Assembly: GCA_012295275.1 (NCBI GenBank)
Contig: CM022665.1
Coordinates: forward strand, 28,830,001-28,894,000
Direction of reading: 5' to 3'
Length of the DNA: 64,000 nucleotides
Source: Chrysomallon squamiferum
Lineage: Eukaryota; Animalia; Mollusca
A program made the position numbers and the translations under genes. Positions 1-14,019 of this stretch are shown piece by piece. The notes under the pieces are model-generated. The model worked only from the letters and a program-made list of their open reading frames with translations. It was not told where the DNA came from and did no database searches. Numbering within the stretch: position 1 is the first letter of the stretch; each line of letters opens with the position of its first letter.

Positions 1-2124
1 AGTGACACAATTTGTATACCAGTTGAAAAATTTCAGTATATTTGAATTCTAACTTTCCCATTTCAGTATGCATGGACAGTATATTGTTCTATCCTTGTTA
101 ATTTTAACCAAACCTGGCCTGTATTATGACATTTCTTATTTTTATTCCACTTTGACGTGCTATAGTAAAATTGTGTTTTGTTTTTACTTTTTAAATTCAG
201 ATTCAAATTCAGATTGATATAAAATTGAATGATCAGCTTGAATGATAATTTCAGTGTGGTGGAAGATAATTTTTGTTATCACTAAGAAAAAACATCTTTG
301 AATGGAAAAGATTAAGAGTTCTGATGACAATTATGGATGCACATTACACAACCACCACCTCGTATTTTTTTTTTTTTTTTTTATATGTTATGGACAAAGT
401 GCAGATGCAAATGCAAATGGGTTGTAGGTGTCTGTAGGTGCTATTCTCATATTCAGATTTGTGTCTACAGATTTTGAAGGAGAGGAGCAATTGATAATTT
501 ATTGTGTTTGTTTGAGACCCCGATTTGATGACAAATCAAATTTGATTTAAAAATGGACTAGATGTCAAAATGCATTGTTGAATCTAAATTATAATTACAC
601 CTCTAATTAATTGTCTGTTAACTTAATTGTTGGTTTTACTAATTGTCTAACAGACAATTAGAAGTGACTTGTTTCTTGAAAACATTTTAGAGTTCTGATT
701 TTTTTTTTTTTTTTTTTAAATGAACATTGTAAAGTTACAAAGCAGACAAAAATGTTACTTGCTTCATGTGTTCTGTACTGTGTTGGTGTTTAGGCTTCTT
801 ACTTTTCTTTTGTTTCTTTGTTTTGTTTTGTTTGCATTCCATGCACAGCTCAAAGCTTCTTTTCCACAATGTTTTGTTTTTGTGTTGTGAAAATTTGTTC
901 TGTCTGAGCACTGTAAAATAACGTTTAAAAATCCACTCTACAGAACTTGTACATTTGTATTTTTGCATTAATTGCCTGGACAAAAGTAAATAAAAAGCAA
1001 TTGTAACTTATTCTGTTAAAGCTAAATATATTAAATTAAAAATAAAAATATTGTTTGTTTTTTATTCTTTAAGGAATACCTTTTGTAGAAATAGTGTAGA
1101 TTTACTTTACAGATAGTTCATTCTTTACTAACTTTTTTTTTTTCTTTTTTTTTTTAAATTGTTACTATTATTATTATTATTATTATTATTTGTAACAAAA
1201 TCTCATCTTTACTTGTGCACTACATTATTTGTGGATTCAGACCAGATGATTGCAAATGAATTGTGTTCTGCTAAGATTAATAAATTAATTTACTGCAGAA
1301 TGTTAAAACTGATCATAAATTACGTTTCAGCAATAAAATGTTTTATTAAAACTTTAACGGAGGAACATTTTTGTCAGGATAAAAAACAGAGCAAAATCAA
1401 TTTTGCTCAGAATGATGTAGAAATAGGATGACAGTCTACAGGAGCTGGATTTAATGAATTTGCTTTTGTGTATGGCAAGATTTAAAAAAAGGATAAATAA
1501 TAAAAATAATAATTAAATGTATAAAATAATAAATAAAATTAAACAAGTAAATAAAGTGTGTGTATGTGTGTAAAATAAAAGCACTCTGTCTGGCATTTAA
1601 AATGTAAAATACTATTAACAGTTTTAGGGTATTCTCGAGACAGGTTTTGTTGTTTTCATAAATTTGTTCAAAAGTGAAAGCCAGATTTTAGCTTTATTTC
1701 ATATTTTGATTCACAGGTTTTACCAACATAAGTTGCATTTTCTTTTTTTCCCCCAACATTATAGATACAAAAACAATAAACTGTATAATTCACTGTCGCC
1801 CATGGTGTGCACCTCTACACACTTTTTAATATAACCAAATTTGACAAATTTGGAGTGAAACGATAAAATTATAAACCTGTATTTAGACAATTATTAATAC
1901 CTCCACAGTACCTTTATTTGATAAAAATAACATTTTAAACCATGATTAACAACTCGTGTATTTTTCAAATACTTTTATTCCATTTTATTGTCAACAACAC
2001 TTACATTTATAATACAAACGCTTATGTATAATATAATTCAATGTACTGAACTGTAATCGGTATGAAAACCAGAAAATGGCAAACTCATGGGAACACTGAA
2101 CTAAATGTAAGCAATGAATTTTTC

Positions 2125-4749
2125 TTATTTCCTGTTCATTTCATCTGCTCGCAAGATTTGGTTTCCAGTGGCCTGGCCTACAAAGTATCAAATCATTCCA
2201 AGTTTCACTTGAGTGCTATGATTTTCTTGTTTCATTATTACAAATAAGTAAATATTACTGTAACTAAAAACTTGAAAAGTAAAAGGTATTGGAATTCTAT
2301 TTAACAAACATAATATCTATTCAGGTTTTTTTAGACATCTTTTCAGAAAACAAAATATGATCCTGAAACACAGCTCAATTCAAAGCTAGTGATCTTACAA
2401 AATTAATCTTCTAATTTCTCAAAACGTTTCAGAAACATAATTTTAAGTTTGCAGTTGGCTTCTTTTGTTATATATAATATATATATTTATTATCTGGATA
2501 TTTCTGAATATTTGTCTACCAAAAAGGATAACTGCTTATTCATAACTCATTTGATTTCACTTGTTAATGTGAACAATAATAAGGGGTCATAATAAAATAT
2601 TAAATGACCTATTTCAGTTTAAACTATTCTTCAACAAAAACAAAAGAGAAAAAAAAAAAATGAAATAAATTGGAAAAAATATAATAAAAAATGAGTTAGA
2701 TATAGTACCAATTATGTTAAGTTGGACAAATATTTACATTTTCAAATGTTTTGGAATATAAAGTAAACCCTCAAGAAAGATAGATAGATATATATTTACA
2801 TCTGTCACTGGATCTTTCTTGCGTCTGCTTTACTGAATCTTTAATTGTCTATAAAAAAAAAACATCATCAAATTTATATAACAGTAATAATAAAATTAAA
2901 AAATACAAATATGAAAAATAATAAACAATGTTCTATAATTAAAATAAATCAAAAAAATATTTTTAAAATCCTCTTTTAAAACACCAAAAATAAAACTGTA
3001 TTTTTTCATTACTTTTTCTGCCCATTTTTACAAAGTTGCACATAAAATGAAAGGAAGTTAAGTATCCAATCCAGTTAATTAGTAATAATAATAAAGTTTA
3101 TGCAGAGAATACAATTTACTTTTAGCAGATATCACCTGTTTCTTACTAAATAATTGTTATATAAATTATTATAAAATAAGCTGGCAACTTACAGGTAAAT
3201 CTGCACCTAATTTAAAAACCTTTGCTTTAAGGCTGTCTATTTCACCTGGAATTTAGCATAATGAAGTAAACTTATTTTTTCTTTTATTATAATTAATTAA
3301 TCGTTTATTTATTTATCATATTTCATGAAAGGTTTCTTATTTCTTCCCACTGACTGATTATTTAAATTAAAGTACCAGTATCTACTACTCCCCATTCTCT
3401 TTTGATAAAATTTCACTGAAGGTTAAAAAAAGATTTTTATGTATGTTGGTATTTTGTTTCCCCATTAAAATAGCCAAAATAAATCATAATCCATGTCATT
3501 AATTTCTCTCTTTTTTTAAATGTTGATCTGTATTGGAAAATATAGATGACTGATTGTATTTTTCAGTGGATAATTTTCATTTCTTTAACTCACAACATAT
3601 AGATAAAGTAAGCATATTTTCAATTAAATAATAATAATATATATATGTAAAATTATAGCCCTGAGTTAAACAAACCTTGCAAACGTCTGTTTTCACTGTT
3701 CATTGATTTTATTTTGTTGGCCAGACATGCTTGCTTCCACTGGTAGAAATGTTTCATTTGGATCATTTTCTCTGCAGTGTTAACAGTTAAAGTTTATTAT
3801 TATTATCATTAATAGCAAAATATAATTAATTAAATTACAGTACAGAATAAGCTTCATGGTATTTTTGATGTAATTTTTATCATATTTAACATCAGCTAAG
3901 GACAGTAGTGAAATTTAATATGAATTGTTTACAATATCCTACATCATGTTCAACTGGGTTTTCTTAAAAGAATTGACAAAAATATATTGCAGTAGTAATG
4001 TTTGGGTTTTTGAAAAAAATTAAAAATTAAAAATTAAAATATATTTTGCTTTGGTATTATTAGTGATTTTGCCATGCCGTTTTACTACAATGTTTTGAAT
4101 ATGTTTATGGTACGCACTAAAATTAAAATTGTATGTTCTTTGTGTTAACAACATAGACCTGAGAGTTTTTCTTTCTGAATATAAAACAAATCCAGACGTC
4201 TTTGTAAATTGAATTCTGTACCCATCTGTAGTGCCTTCACTTTAGCAAGTTTATCTAGTTATAAAAAAAAAATATGTTTTTTACAACTTACATTTATATT
4301 TATAGGACATTATAAAAAGTAAAAAAAAACAGAAGAAAAATTTAGACTGACACAGACAGTTTTATTTGGTCCTGAAACAATGAGTATATATGAGAAGCGT
4401 TTTAGAATTGATATAAAAAAAAATCCAACACACACATACATACTCAAACACATTTTATACAGTAATAACTTTTTAAATTTATAAATAACAAACTGAATTT
4501 TGAATAGATATTGGGTTAGTTTAAAGATAATACTTATAAAAGATAAAATATTTTCTAAACAGTACTCAGATGATCTAACAAGAACGATTTTACTGAAACT
4601 TACTTGTCTCTATCACTTTTGTTAAATATGCTGCTTTTAATGCACATTTTAAAAGAGCTGCAAATTAGAGAAATATTTTTAAAAATAGGTATTTGCAAAA
4701 ACAAATATTTCAAATATTTATCTCAGACTGTTATGGCCATACAGCACAA

Positions 4750-4784
<35 letters not shown>

Positions 4785-5555
4785 AAGTATATTAATTTAA
4801 GGTTAAAGAATCAATATGCATTAATCTCTGTCAGTCTAATTTACTCTTCTGTTTATTCACCTCTTTCTCTAACACACAAAACATACCATCATACTCTTTT
4901 TCCTTTTTCTTTTCTTTTCTTGACTGATACCATTTTAGCAACGACCACGATGTTTCGCTGTCACTTGTATCATCACATTCTGAAACTAAAAGAATAATTG
5001 TTCATAATTACTTATAAAAATATTTCCATTGCTATATATTAAACTATTATCATTAAGTAACTAGTTGTGATTTGATGAAGGTTTTGCATATACAACAAAC
5101 GATATTATGCGAAAATTTTCATACAAGATCTATGGGCTTATTTTGAATCAAATGAAGAAAGCGACATTGGTATCGTAGGTAGGCGAATTTTTTTTTTGTT
5201 TGTTTGTTTTGTTCTGTTAAATTTAAATAATAATTGCAACAACAACAAAAAGAATAAATAAATAAAACGTAAATAAATAACTGGAAATGAAGAATAAGAA
5301 AACAAGTCAATATCACATAACTAACGTGTGTTTATGACATTAACCAATGGCAGTTATTTTGTGTTTATTATTATCTTGTCTTTTTCTCTTTTATTTTCTT
5401 TATTTTCTTTCTTTCTTTCTTTTTTACTGGCGCTGATTCAGCCTTTAAGTCTAGAGTTAAAAGTTAGTTGGCGGTTATATATGAAAAAAAAATCTGATTT
5501 AATCAAAATTATTGTAATTAGTAAACATTTGTTTACCCATTTCTGAAGTATCCAT
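2125..5555 (-). CDS. Uncharacterised 138-aa predicted coiled-coil protein, 7 coding exons
   Basis: Exons (- strand): 5555-5537, 4979-4887, 4657-4604, 3771-3676, 3245-3193, 2848-2800, 2177-2125. All introns are GT-AG with compatible phases (1,1,1,1,0,1). The spliced ORF is 417 nt with no internal stop, starts at caaaATGG and ends in TAA. AATAAA lies downstream (~1974-1989) and the region around exon 1 is CpG-rich. Protein: MDTSEMECDDTSDSETSWSLLKWYQSRKEKKKEKEYDALLKCALKAAYLTKVIETKKMIQMKHFYQWKQACLANKIKSMNSENRRLQGEIDSLKAKVFKLGADLPTIKDSVKQTQERSSDRCQATGNQILRADEMNRK. No family recognised. Confidence 0.75.
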
Positions 5556-5904
5556 TTTGTTGCCGATTCAGTAAGTTGCGTACTTCTTAATCAAATTTAG
5601 TCTTTAAATACTGACTCGTTGCTCGCATAAACTAAACAAACCCTTCCTATATACTTTTAAGTAATTTTAGGCTAAATATCATGTAGTCAAACAAAATCAT
5701 TCCAGTATTTAAATATTCATACGCTAACTTTAAAATTCTTCCGATTTCGCCAAATCGTAAATAACGTTAACGCTTGGAATATTAAGTGAAAACGCTCTGA
5801 TTTCGTATATAGCCCTAACTTCGTACGTTCCACGTATGTTGCACTTCCATTCTACTTTGCATAAACATGTTAAAATAAGTACACAGCATTTATAAGACCT
5901 GACA

Positions 5905-5968
5905 TATGAAATTATAATATAGACAGACGAACTCCGTATGAGATTATAATACAGAGAGACGAACTCGG
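5905..5968. repeat. Short tandem duplication (2 x 32 bp)
   Basis: tatgaaattataatatagacagacgaactccg followed directly by tatgagattataatacagagagacgaactcgg. Confidence 0.7.
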
Positions 5969-6009
5969 TATCATTATTTATTTAATTTAAAATAAACATC
6001 TTTATAATA

Positions 6010-8210
6010 AGGCCTCTTTTAATGGAGCATGTAAGGCTACATGAAAGGAAGTCAGAAAAGCCAGAAGATATAAACAATACGGTGGAAGTATACTGAAAGA
6101 TGACTTGAAGTATTAAGAAAATCAGTATAAACAAATGCTAAACAGAACTGTTAGGGAATATAGAATATCTATTAAACAAAAAAATTAAAATACTAAAAAC
6201 TTCAAGTCCCAAAGAGTACTGGTCAATTCTGATTAACAATAAGCAGAGATGGTCAAAAGTAAATGTGTCAATTGATTCTTTATTTCATTTTTTTCAAAAC
6301 TGTTAATATCAATGTTGATGAGTTTTTGCCTGATCATGTAACACCAACAGAAAAATTACATAGCCAAGAAACTCCTACTGATATTTTGAACAAGCCTTTT
6401 TCAGCCGAGGAAATATCTAGAGCAGTGAACAGACTCCACTGTAATCAAGCAGTTGGAGGAGACTTTATTACTAATGAATATATTAAGCATACTGCTAATG
6501 TTATGTTACATTTATACGTACTACTGTTTAATGTTATTCTTGACACAGCAATTATACCATCTGATTGGTTAATGGGACTCATCAAATTAATATATAAAAT
6601 AAAAGTGCTCGAAATGACCCTGAAAATTATAGACCTATTACATTATTAAGCTGTTTAAGCAAATTATTTACATCTGTACTTAATTCTAGATTAAATAAGT
6701 ATGCAGATGAAACAACCTGACCATATATTTTCTTTATACTTGCTAATTATTTTAATGAACAAATGTATAAAGAAATTGTATTGTGCTTTTATAGATTATG
6801 AGAAAGTGTTTGACAGTCTGGAGAATTGGATTATGGAATAAGGTAATTAGATTTGGCATAAATGGAAAATGTTTTAATGTCTTAGTAAATATGTTGACTA
6901 GAATCAATTACAACAATGTTTAGTAAAGAATTTAATGTTTAATTAAAGCTTTTTATTCTACTATATGTTGATGATACAATACTGTTAGTTGAATCATTGG
7001 ATGCACTACAACATAATCTTAACATTTTTGCTAATTACTACCAACTACGGAGACTTAATATAAATAATAAACTAAAATAATGATATTCAGTAAAAGGAGA
7101 AATACTAGTGATTATATATTTAAATTTAATGGAGAGATTATTGATCTAGTAGATAACTATAAATATCTGGGCATACATTTCACAAGAAACAGCTACTTCA
7201 CTTAGAGCGTAAAACAACTATATAACAAAGCAATGAAAGCCATGTATAGCCTAATGGCTAAAAGTCGTCACAATAATCTCTCCAACGACTGCATACTTGA
7301 TTTATTTGACAAACTAATACAGCCAATTTTATTGTATGGTTGTGAAATACAGGGTTTTACAAAGGTACAACTAATAGAAAGACTCCATATGAAATTTAAT
7401 AAGTATTTACTGTTAATAAGTGTACCCCTGGTTTTATGATCTATGGTGAACTAGGACAGTATCCCCTTTGTATTTCTATAAAAGTAAGAATAACTAAATT
7501 TTTGGGGAACCTAATTTGCAAAACCCCAAACAAGATTTTCTCACAACTATATATTATTTAATGCATGTTATCAATTCTCCTTGGAACAAATTTGTAAAAA
7601 ATATTTTCGATGATTGTGGACATATCACAACTTTGATAATGTTAAATGGTTACGTGAAACGATATCCAAAATATTACATGATCCATTTCAGCAATTATGG
7701 AAAAATCAAATTGAAACGACTCCAAAGGGTATTAATTATAAATTTTTAAAAATGAACTGAAATTAGAAAACTATCTTACTTTGTTGTCTCAAAAGAATGC
7801 TAATATCTTATTAAATTTAGAACCGTGAATGCTAAACTTCCTATAGAAACTGGACGATGGTCTAATATTCTAAGACAACAGAAAATGTCACATCTGTAAT
7901 CTTAACAAAATTGAGATGAATATCATTACATATTTGAATGTAATGATCCTGTATTATTAAATACGAGAAAATGTGTACCAGACAAATATATAAGACATCC
8001 AAATATAATTTCATATAATAATTTGTTCAACAGTAAAAATGTATTTGTATTAAAAAAGCTAAGTTTGTTAATAAGAACTATATGTGAGAGAGTATGTCTT
8101 CCACATTAAACTTTCTACACATGTATTTTAATTTTGTTATTATATAGCTGTAATACATTCTTCTTTGTACTGTAATCTACAGTTTATGAGAATAAAGTCA
8201 CTGTCATTGG
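6010..8210 (+). mobile_element. Decayed, 5'-truncated non-LTR retrotransposon (LINE ORF2/reverse transcriptase remnant; RTE-X/CR1-L2-like, clade uncertain)
   Basis: Frameshifted RT-region motifs occur in the expected order: LNKPFSAEEISRAV..., IPSDW, RPITLLSCLSKLFT, LYCAFIDYEK, LLYVDD, YKYLG, LLYGCE, YGELG, LPIETGRW, then a C-terminal CxxC..EYH..C. These are followed by AATAAA and a short gtcact/gtcatt tail at ~8190-8208. Many stops and frameshifts; boundaries approximate. Confidence 0.9.
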
Positions 8211-9665
8211 TTGATGATGATATGTTTTAAAAACATGAACACACCCGGTTTTAATTTATTCCACATGATGTTATATGACACTGACACTGTATTAGAAATC
8301 TTGTGTGTATAAATGCATGGATAAAGTACAGATGAAATGGCAAATACATTTTAATTTTTGGCCAAAACATCTGAATTAAGTTTGATAATAAGAATGAATC
8401 ATTGATTACAAGGTGAGTTGTGTTTTAAAACGAAAATCAAAGTTGAATAAGAGTTTAATAAATCTTGATTAAGGACCATGTACGAGACCAAACTGTTACT
8501 ATATTGATGGATTTTTGTTTTAGATTAACTCTGAAACTGCTTCATTTATAAAACCATTAAATGACACATAAAAATAAATAACATTAATAAATGAAAAGAA
8601 AAGGAAAAAAAAAGACGGAAAATCATTACAGAGTTGCAGTTCTTTAATGTAAAGATGAAACAAAAATAAAACATAAATGTTTTATTGCTCACTTGTAAAA
8701 GTAACATCACATTATAATTAGTGACTAGAAATTTATTTGGTATAAATAAAAAAGAAAAACATTAAGCAATATAAAAACTGTTAAGTTTATCATGTAACAA
8801 ATTAACTACTAACCTGAAAAAAAAAAAAAATTAAAAAATATTGTCTAACATTTAATATAAACTTAAAAAAATGCAAATTAACATTTTAAATTGAAAAAAA
8901 AACAACAAACGTTTTTGGACCAACATCTTTTTAACATTTACATGTTCATAATTTTGGTTAATTTTATAATTTCTAAAATGTAAATTTCATGCATAAATGT
9001 TACAATTTTGATTAACAAAATATTACAAGTTAAAAAGTACAAATCATCCACCACCTTCACATCCAAATTAATGAATCAGCAAATGTAACAAAATTATGGT
9101 AAGATGTTGTTAAGATAATTTTCAATCTAATTATATGGAATGCTGTAAAATCTTGCTTTAACAATTTAAAACATACCAGCTCTCTAATCTGATACAGATT
9201 AACAATTTATTTCCAACTAAAAATATCTGATTCTTATAATGATATTGTATAGTAAACTTTTCTTTATTTCATGTTTATATTCACAAAATTATTGACAGCA
9301 GTTACTGCAAGAACAATTCATTTTATGGTCTTTTGAAGAATTTTGTAGGGCAACATCAAGATAAGATAAAAGGAACAAATTCAAACATAAAAAAACATTT
9401 ATTTCTTGTTAAACATCTTCACAACAGATTTAAAACAGTACTCTCAAATCCCACTTAAAATCTCAATATGCATGAAAATAAAGAAAAAATCTGGAAAAAA
9501 TACTTTTTTTTAACAGAATAGAAATATTTTAATTATATTTTGTTTTTTTCAAACAACAACATTTTCTATTAAAAAATAGTAATATTGAATGGATGTTATG
9601 CAAATGAACTGAATGAACTGAAAAGCACTATAAATGAAATGTTATTCCCTAGAGCCAACATCCAG

Positions 9666-12600
9666 TCAACAAGTTTGGGGAGGGTATAGAATGTCATAGT
9701 GTCCAGGTCGATACAACAGATAAATCTGTGGCCTGGTATCTTCTGGAAAGTCATGATGATTACAGGTTGGGCCCACGCCACGATCCATGTACTCCACCCG
9801 AACTCTGACACCCAGACCTGAGGTCAGTGCAATGATGTGAATGTGATCACTTTCTTTTGCCATTGGTTCCACTTCCTAAAATAACACAAAAAAAAACCCA
9901 TTCTAACTGGTATGACACAATTACAAGAAAAACAAAACAACAAAACAGGTGAACTATCAATAAAATAAAAGAAATATAATTTTGTTATCTACAGAAAATT
10001 AAAATGTTACTACTTTTAACTCCAAAATAATTCCTGGGAAAAATGACTTACCTGACTGCAAAACTCTTTTATTGTTCTTTCACCTTCAATAAAATTGACA
10101 AAGAAATCAGATTCCTTCTGTAGGTATCCAGATACAATCAGTCTGTAAAATAACAGCAAATTAATGAACATTTCATCATTTAACCAGCATTAGAAATGTT
10201 AAATCCAATCCTATAAATTATAATTAAACTGATTTTGAAAAGGAAATTACATTGTGATTGTATTTCAACAAATAAAGATAAATTCTGTTTAAGGACAAAA
10301 AAAGGTGTATTATATGTATCAGACTATTTAAGCCTGTACTAGTTAAAGCAAAAAGTGATAATCAGTTTTGTATTATTATAATCAAATTATCAAGTCAGCA
10401 CAGAATCACAGCATCGGGTTAAACTTGGTTACAAAAATGTACAACTGATTAAACCTTACAAATAAAATGTTTAAACAGATATCAACCTGAGATACACAAC
10501 AAAGTAGTCAGACAAGCCTTGATCATTGAAGGTTTGTAGTAAATCTGAAGTTGAACACTTGTTTTCCACCTGTGCAATGATGTCCATAAACTGAAAAAAT
10601 AAAGACTTTTTTCTTTTCTTTTCTTTTTTTCAACTATAGCAATGTGTACTATAGCTCTGAATAATGGAAACTCATTTTTTTCAAAACACATATGATTATG
10701 ACATTCTTCTCTGTCATAAAGGATACAGAGGTTTCAAATAACACTCAGGTTAAAAAGGACATATATACATTTTATGTAACAAAATACTTAAATAATATTT
10801 TGAAAATATAATTTTATTCTTAAAGACAAAATTTCTGTTCTTCTGTATATATGTACAAAAATATATTTTGAAAATGTAAAAAATAATTTAGACTTACTGT
10901 ATCATGGAAATCTTCTATAGTAAATTGTGGGAAGCCAAGAGCAATTAATTCATCTTTGCTTTTACTAGCAACCTCTTTGAATCTAAAAACAAACTGTCTG
11001 TACTATAATTATTCTAATGAAATAAAATGGAAACAAAAAGTTATTTGTATCCTTAAATTCTAGTTTTTAGATAAAATTTCATTTGGATGTTTTTCAAAAA
11101 CAAAATATTATAATTAAAAAAATAAAATAAAAAGAAGAAAACCACTAAAAAAAATAAATAAAAATAAAACAAACTAAAAAACAAAATAATAATAATAATA
11201 AAGTAAATAAATAAATAAAAAAGTAAATAAACTAAAAAAAAATAATTAAAAAAATAAATGATGAAAACAAAAATTGTATTTTATGCATTTATCACTAATA
11301 CTTGTCACTGTTAACTTCTTGTAAAATTATGTAAAACAGAAAAATTAAACACCCACAAAAATAATTTAAAAGATTACTGAATATTAATATTTTTCAGTTA
11401 TATAATATTGTTTTAATATAGTTTCACTGTACAAACCTTCTCAAATCCTCCCTGTCTGTTAGTAATTTTTCAAGATAAGCAAAACCAAATGCTCGAAAAA
11501 AACAGTTCCCATCTCCTCTAGTCTTTCGCACATATCTGTATTTGTTCTGTAAATCCTAAAACAAGAAAATTATTACATAATTAGATACATATATACTTGC
11601 CCTAATCTTAAAGTTAATAAACATTAAAAACTTCCATTTTCAAGCCAGGTTCAAAATATTTGCCTCTGAACATTATTTCTGATAAATCATTTACCTATTT
11701 TAATAAACCTCATTCAACATTAATAATTTTATTAAATGAAAAATGAAAATATAAATTAACAGTTTCAAGATGAGCAGATAAACAATTACAGCCAGTTTAA
11801 GTCTGTACACTTCATCTTCTTTTGCATATTCTTCAACCAATTCTTCAAGTGATAATAGTCTGCTTATTAAATCATGCTGTTCAGCTATCTGAAATGTTAA
11901 AGTAATAATACATAAAAACATAATGAATAAAATAAAACCAAATCTCCATTCCATAAAATATCTAATTAGGTACTCCAAAATGCCAGTATTTGACCTAATT
12001 TTACTGACTTTCGAATGCTTGATTATTCTGTTTGAGATCCTATCTAAATAAAAACTGCACGAATGGAATATTTCAAGTCCTATCTTTGTGTTTATTGCAT
12101 GACTGTTACCTCATATTGTGAAAGAAGCATTCAATCTCAATCAGAAATGCCTTAGGGCAGATGCCATCTTGTTATGGATCTACAATCCTGTTCATACAAA
12201 CTCACTCTACTAAAACAATGTTCAGTTATGTTAGCTTCATTTGTGTATCCAAAATAAAAGTTTTTACCACCTAAATCTACAGAAAAACTTGATGAAAAAC
12301 ACAGCCACTGAAGCCTGTACACTCCTGAGTCAGAAAGTGACTGATCAAGAATGTGAAAGTTTTGAGCTGTTTATTTATTTCTGATGCTCCAAAACGCAAA
12401 AAATTTATGGTTACATAATTTCAATTTTTTAGTTGTTGTTGTGGTCTAAGAATAGCCTTATTTGTGATTGCATATTCAGCAGTATTTAACTTTTATCAGA
12501 TTTTTCTGCGATTGTGGCAATGCCTCGGAAATAAATACTGGAACTATGTTTAATTAGTTTTTAAGCTTATTATGTTTGAACATATTATATACTATTATTT

Positions 12601-13969
12601 ATTAACATAGTAGGTCACTTTGTACAAATTTTGTTATTCAGTGTCCTAGTTGGTTTGATATTTGCTTCATAAAGTCCACTCCCACATTCAAGTTTCTCAA
12701 AAACATCTTTTCAAAAGTTACTTTTTAAATCTTATACAAGTGTGCGATGAAGATAGATAATGTTGTCTTTGTTTTCCAGATATCTAAGAAACTGTGTTTC
12801 AGTAGATACTTTTCTTTCACTTATACTAATTTTTATTTTTATGTAATCTTGAGACTGTCTAGTCTTTATATACACAAGAGAGATCATGACAGAGAACCTT
12901 AAAACTAAGTCTTGCTTTGATAAGCATTTGGCAACAGGATATGGTAAAGTATGTTTCTTTTTAGTTTTTGGTAGTCTTTATGCAATGCAATTTGTGTCAT
13001 TAATGGAGGATTTGTTTAAAATACACAACATAACTTACAACTTGTATTAACTTAATTACCTGACTCTCATGACTGATTCTACTTTAATTAGGATTCAGCT
13101 GACTGATTCTGTATTTTAACTTAGGTTTCCCAAAAATGAATTTCTTTTCTTTATATCATATATGTGATTTAAAAAAAAACAAAGAACAAAAAAAACAAAA
13201 GACCCTCAAACTGTACTCTTGTTGATGTGTTATTTATCTGGATATTATACCATTATGATAAGAAATCACTGTCACAATTTGAATTTACAAATCCCTGTCA
13301 TAATTTTCTGAATGCCTTTATCCACTAGATGTGATAATGAGCAACTCTGGCAATGACACATTACAAAGTGAAATTCAGCTTATGCTCCATTTACATTCAC
13401 AATACCAAACACTATATGTAACTATTATTAATATAAAGCCTTTACTAGCATTAATTTTGTACAATGATGCTGAAAAAATAAACTGCAACTTGTTAAAAGA
13501 AAAAGGATGAATATCTTAAAAATTAACTTTTCAGATTTTCTAACTTATCCCTTCAAAATGTATTTCATTATCTAGATCGTTTCACTCTGATTAGATTGGT
13601 CTACAAACTATTTTTGTAGTACAAACAGAAGTTAAGTTATGAATTTAAAAAAAAAAAAAAAAAAAAAAATTAATCAAGTGCAAATAACTGATTTTATCAT
13701 CTTTCAATATACACATTCTTTGTAGAAGTATGAAATAAGCTTTGTCAAGGAGAATCTCACTTTAGCATGGGCTCTTAAAAATAAAGATTAGCTGAAAATG
13801 GTAACTGCACAAACAGCAGCAAGAAATTAAATATTAAAACATTCATAATTTTGGAACCATCTGACTGACAACTTAATAATAGTTAGGTGTCAACCTTGTC
13901 CATCACAAACAGAAAATCACTTTAGAGTACCTAATTTAATACAAGTGGTAGATAATGTTCAGATTCTGC

Positions 13970-14019
<50 letters not shown>

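Noticed and set aside
67-1600. Possible terminal exon and 3'UTR of an upstream + strand gene (acceptor ttcccatttcag ending at 66; AATAAA cluster ~1500-1580)
   Set aside because: Plausible, but no reading frame is recognisable and the upstream exons lie outside the window, so it cannot be supported.
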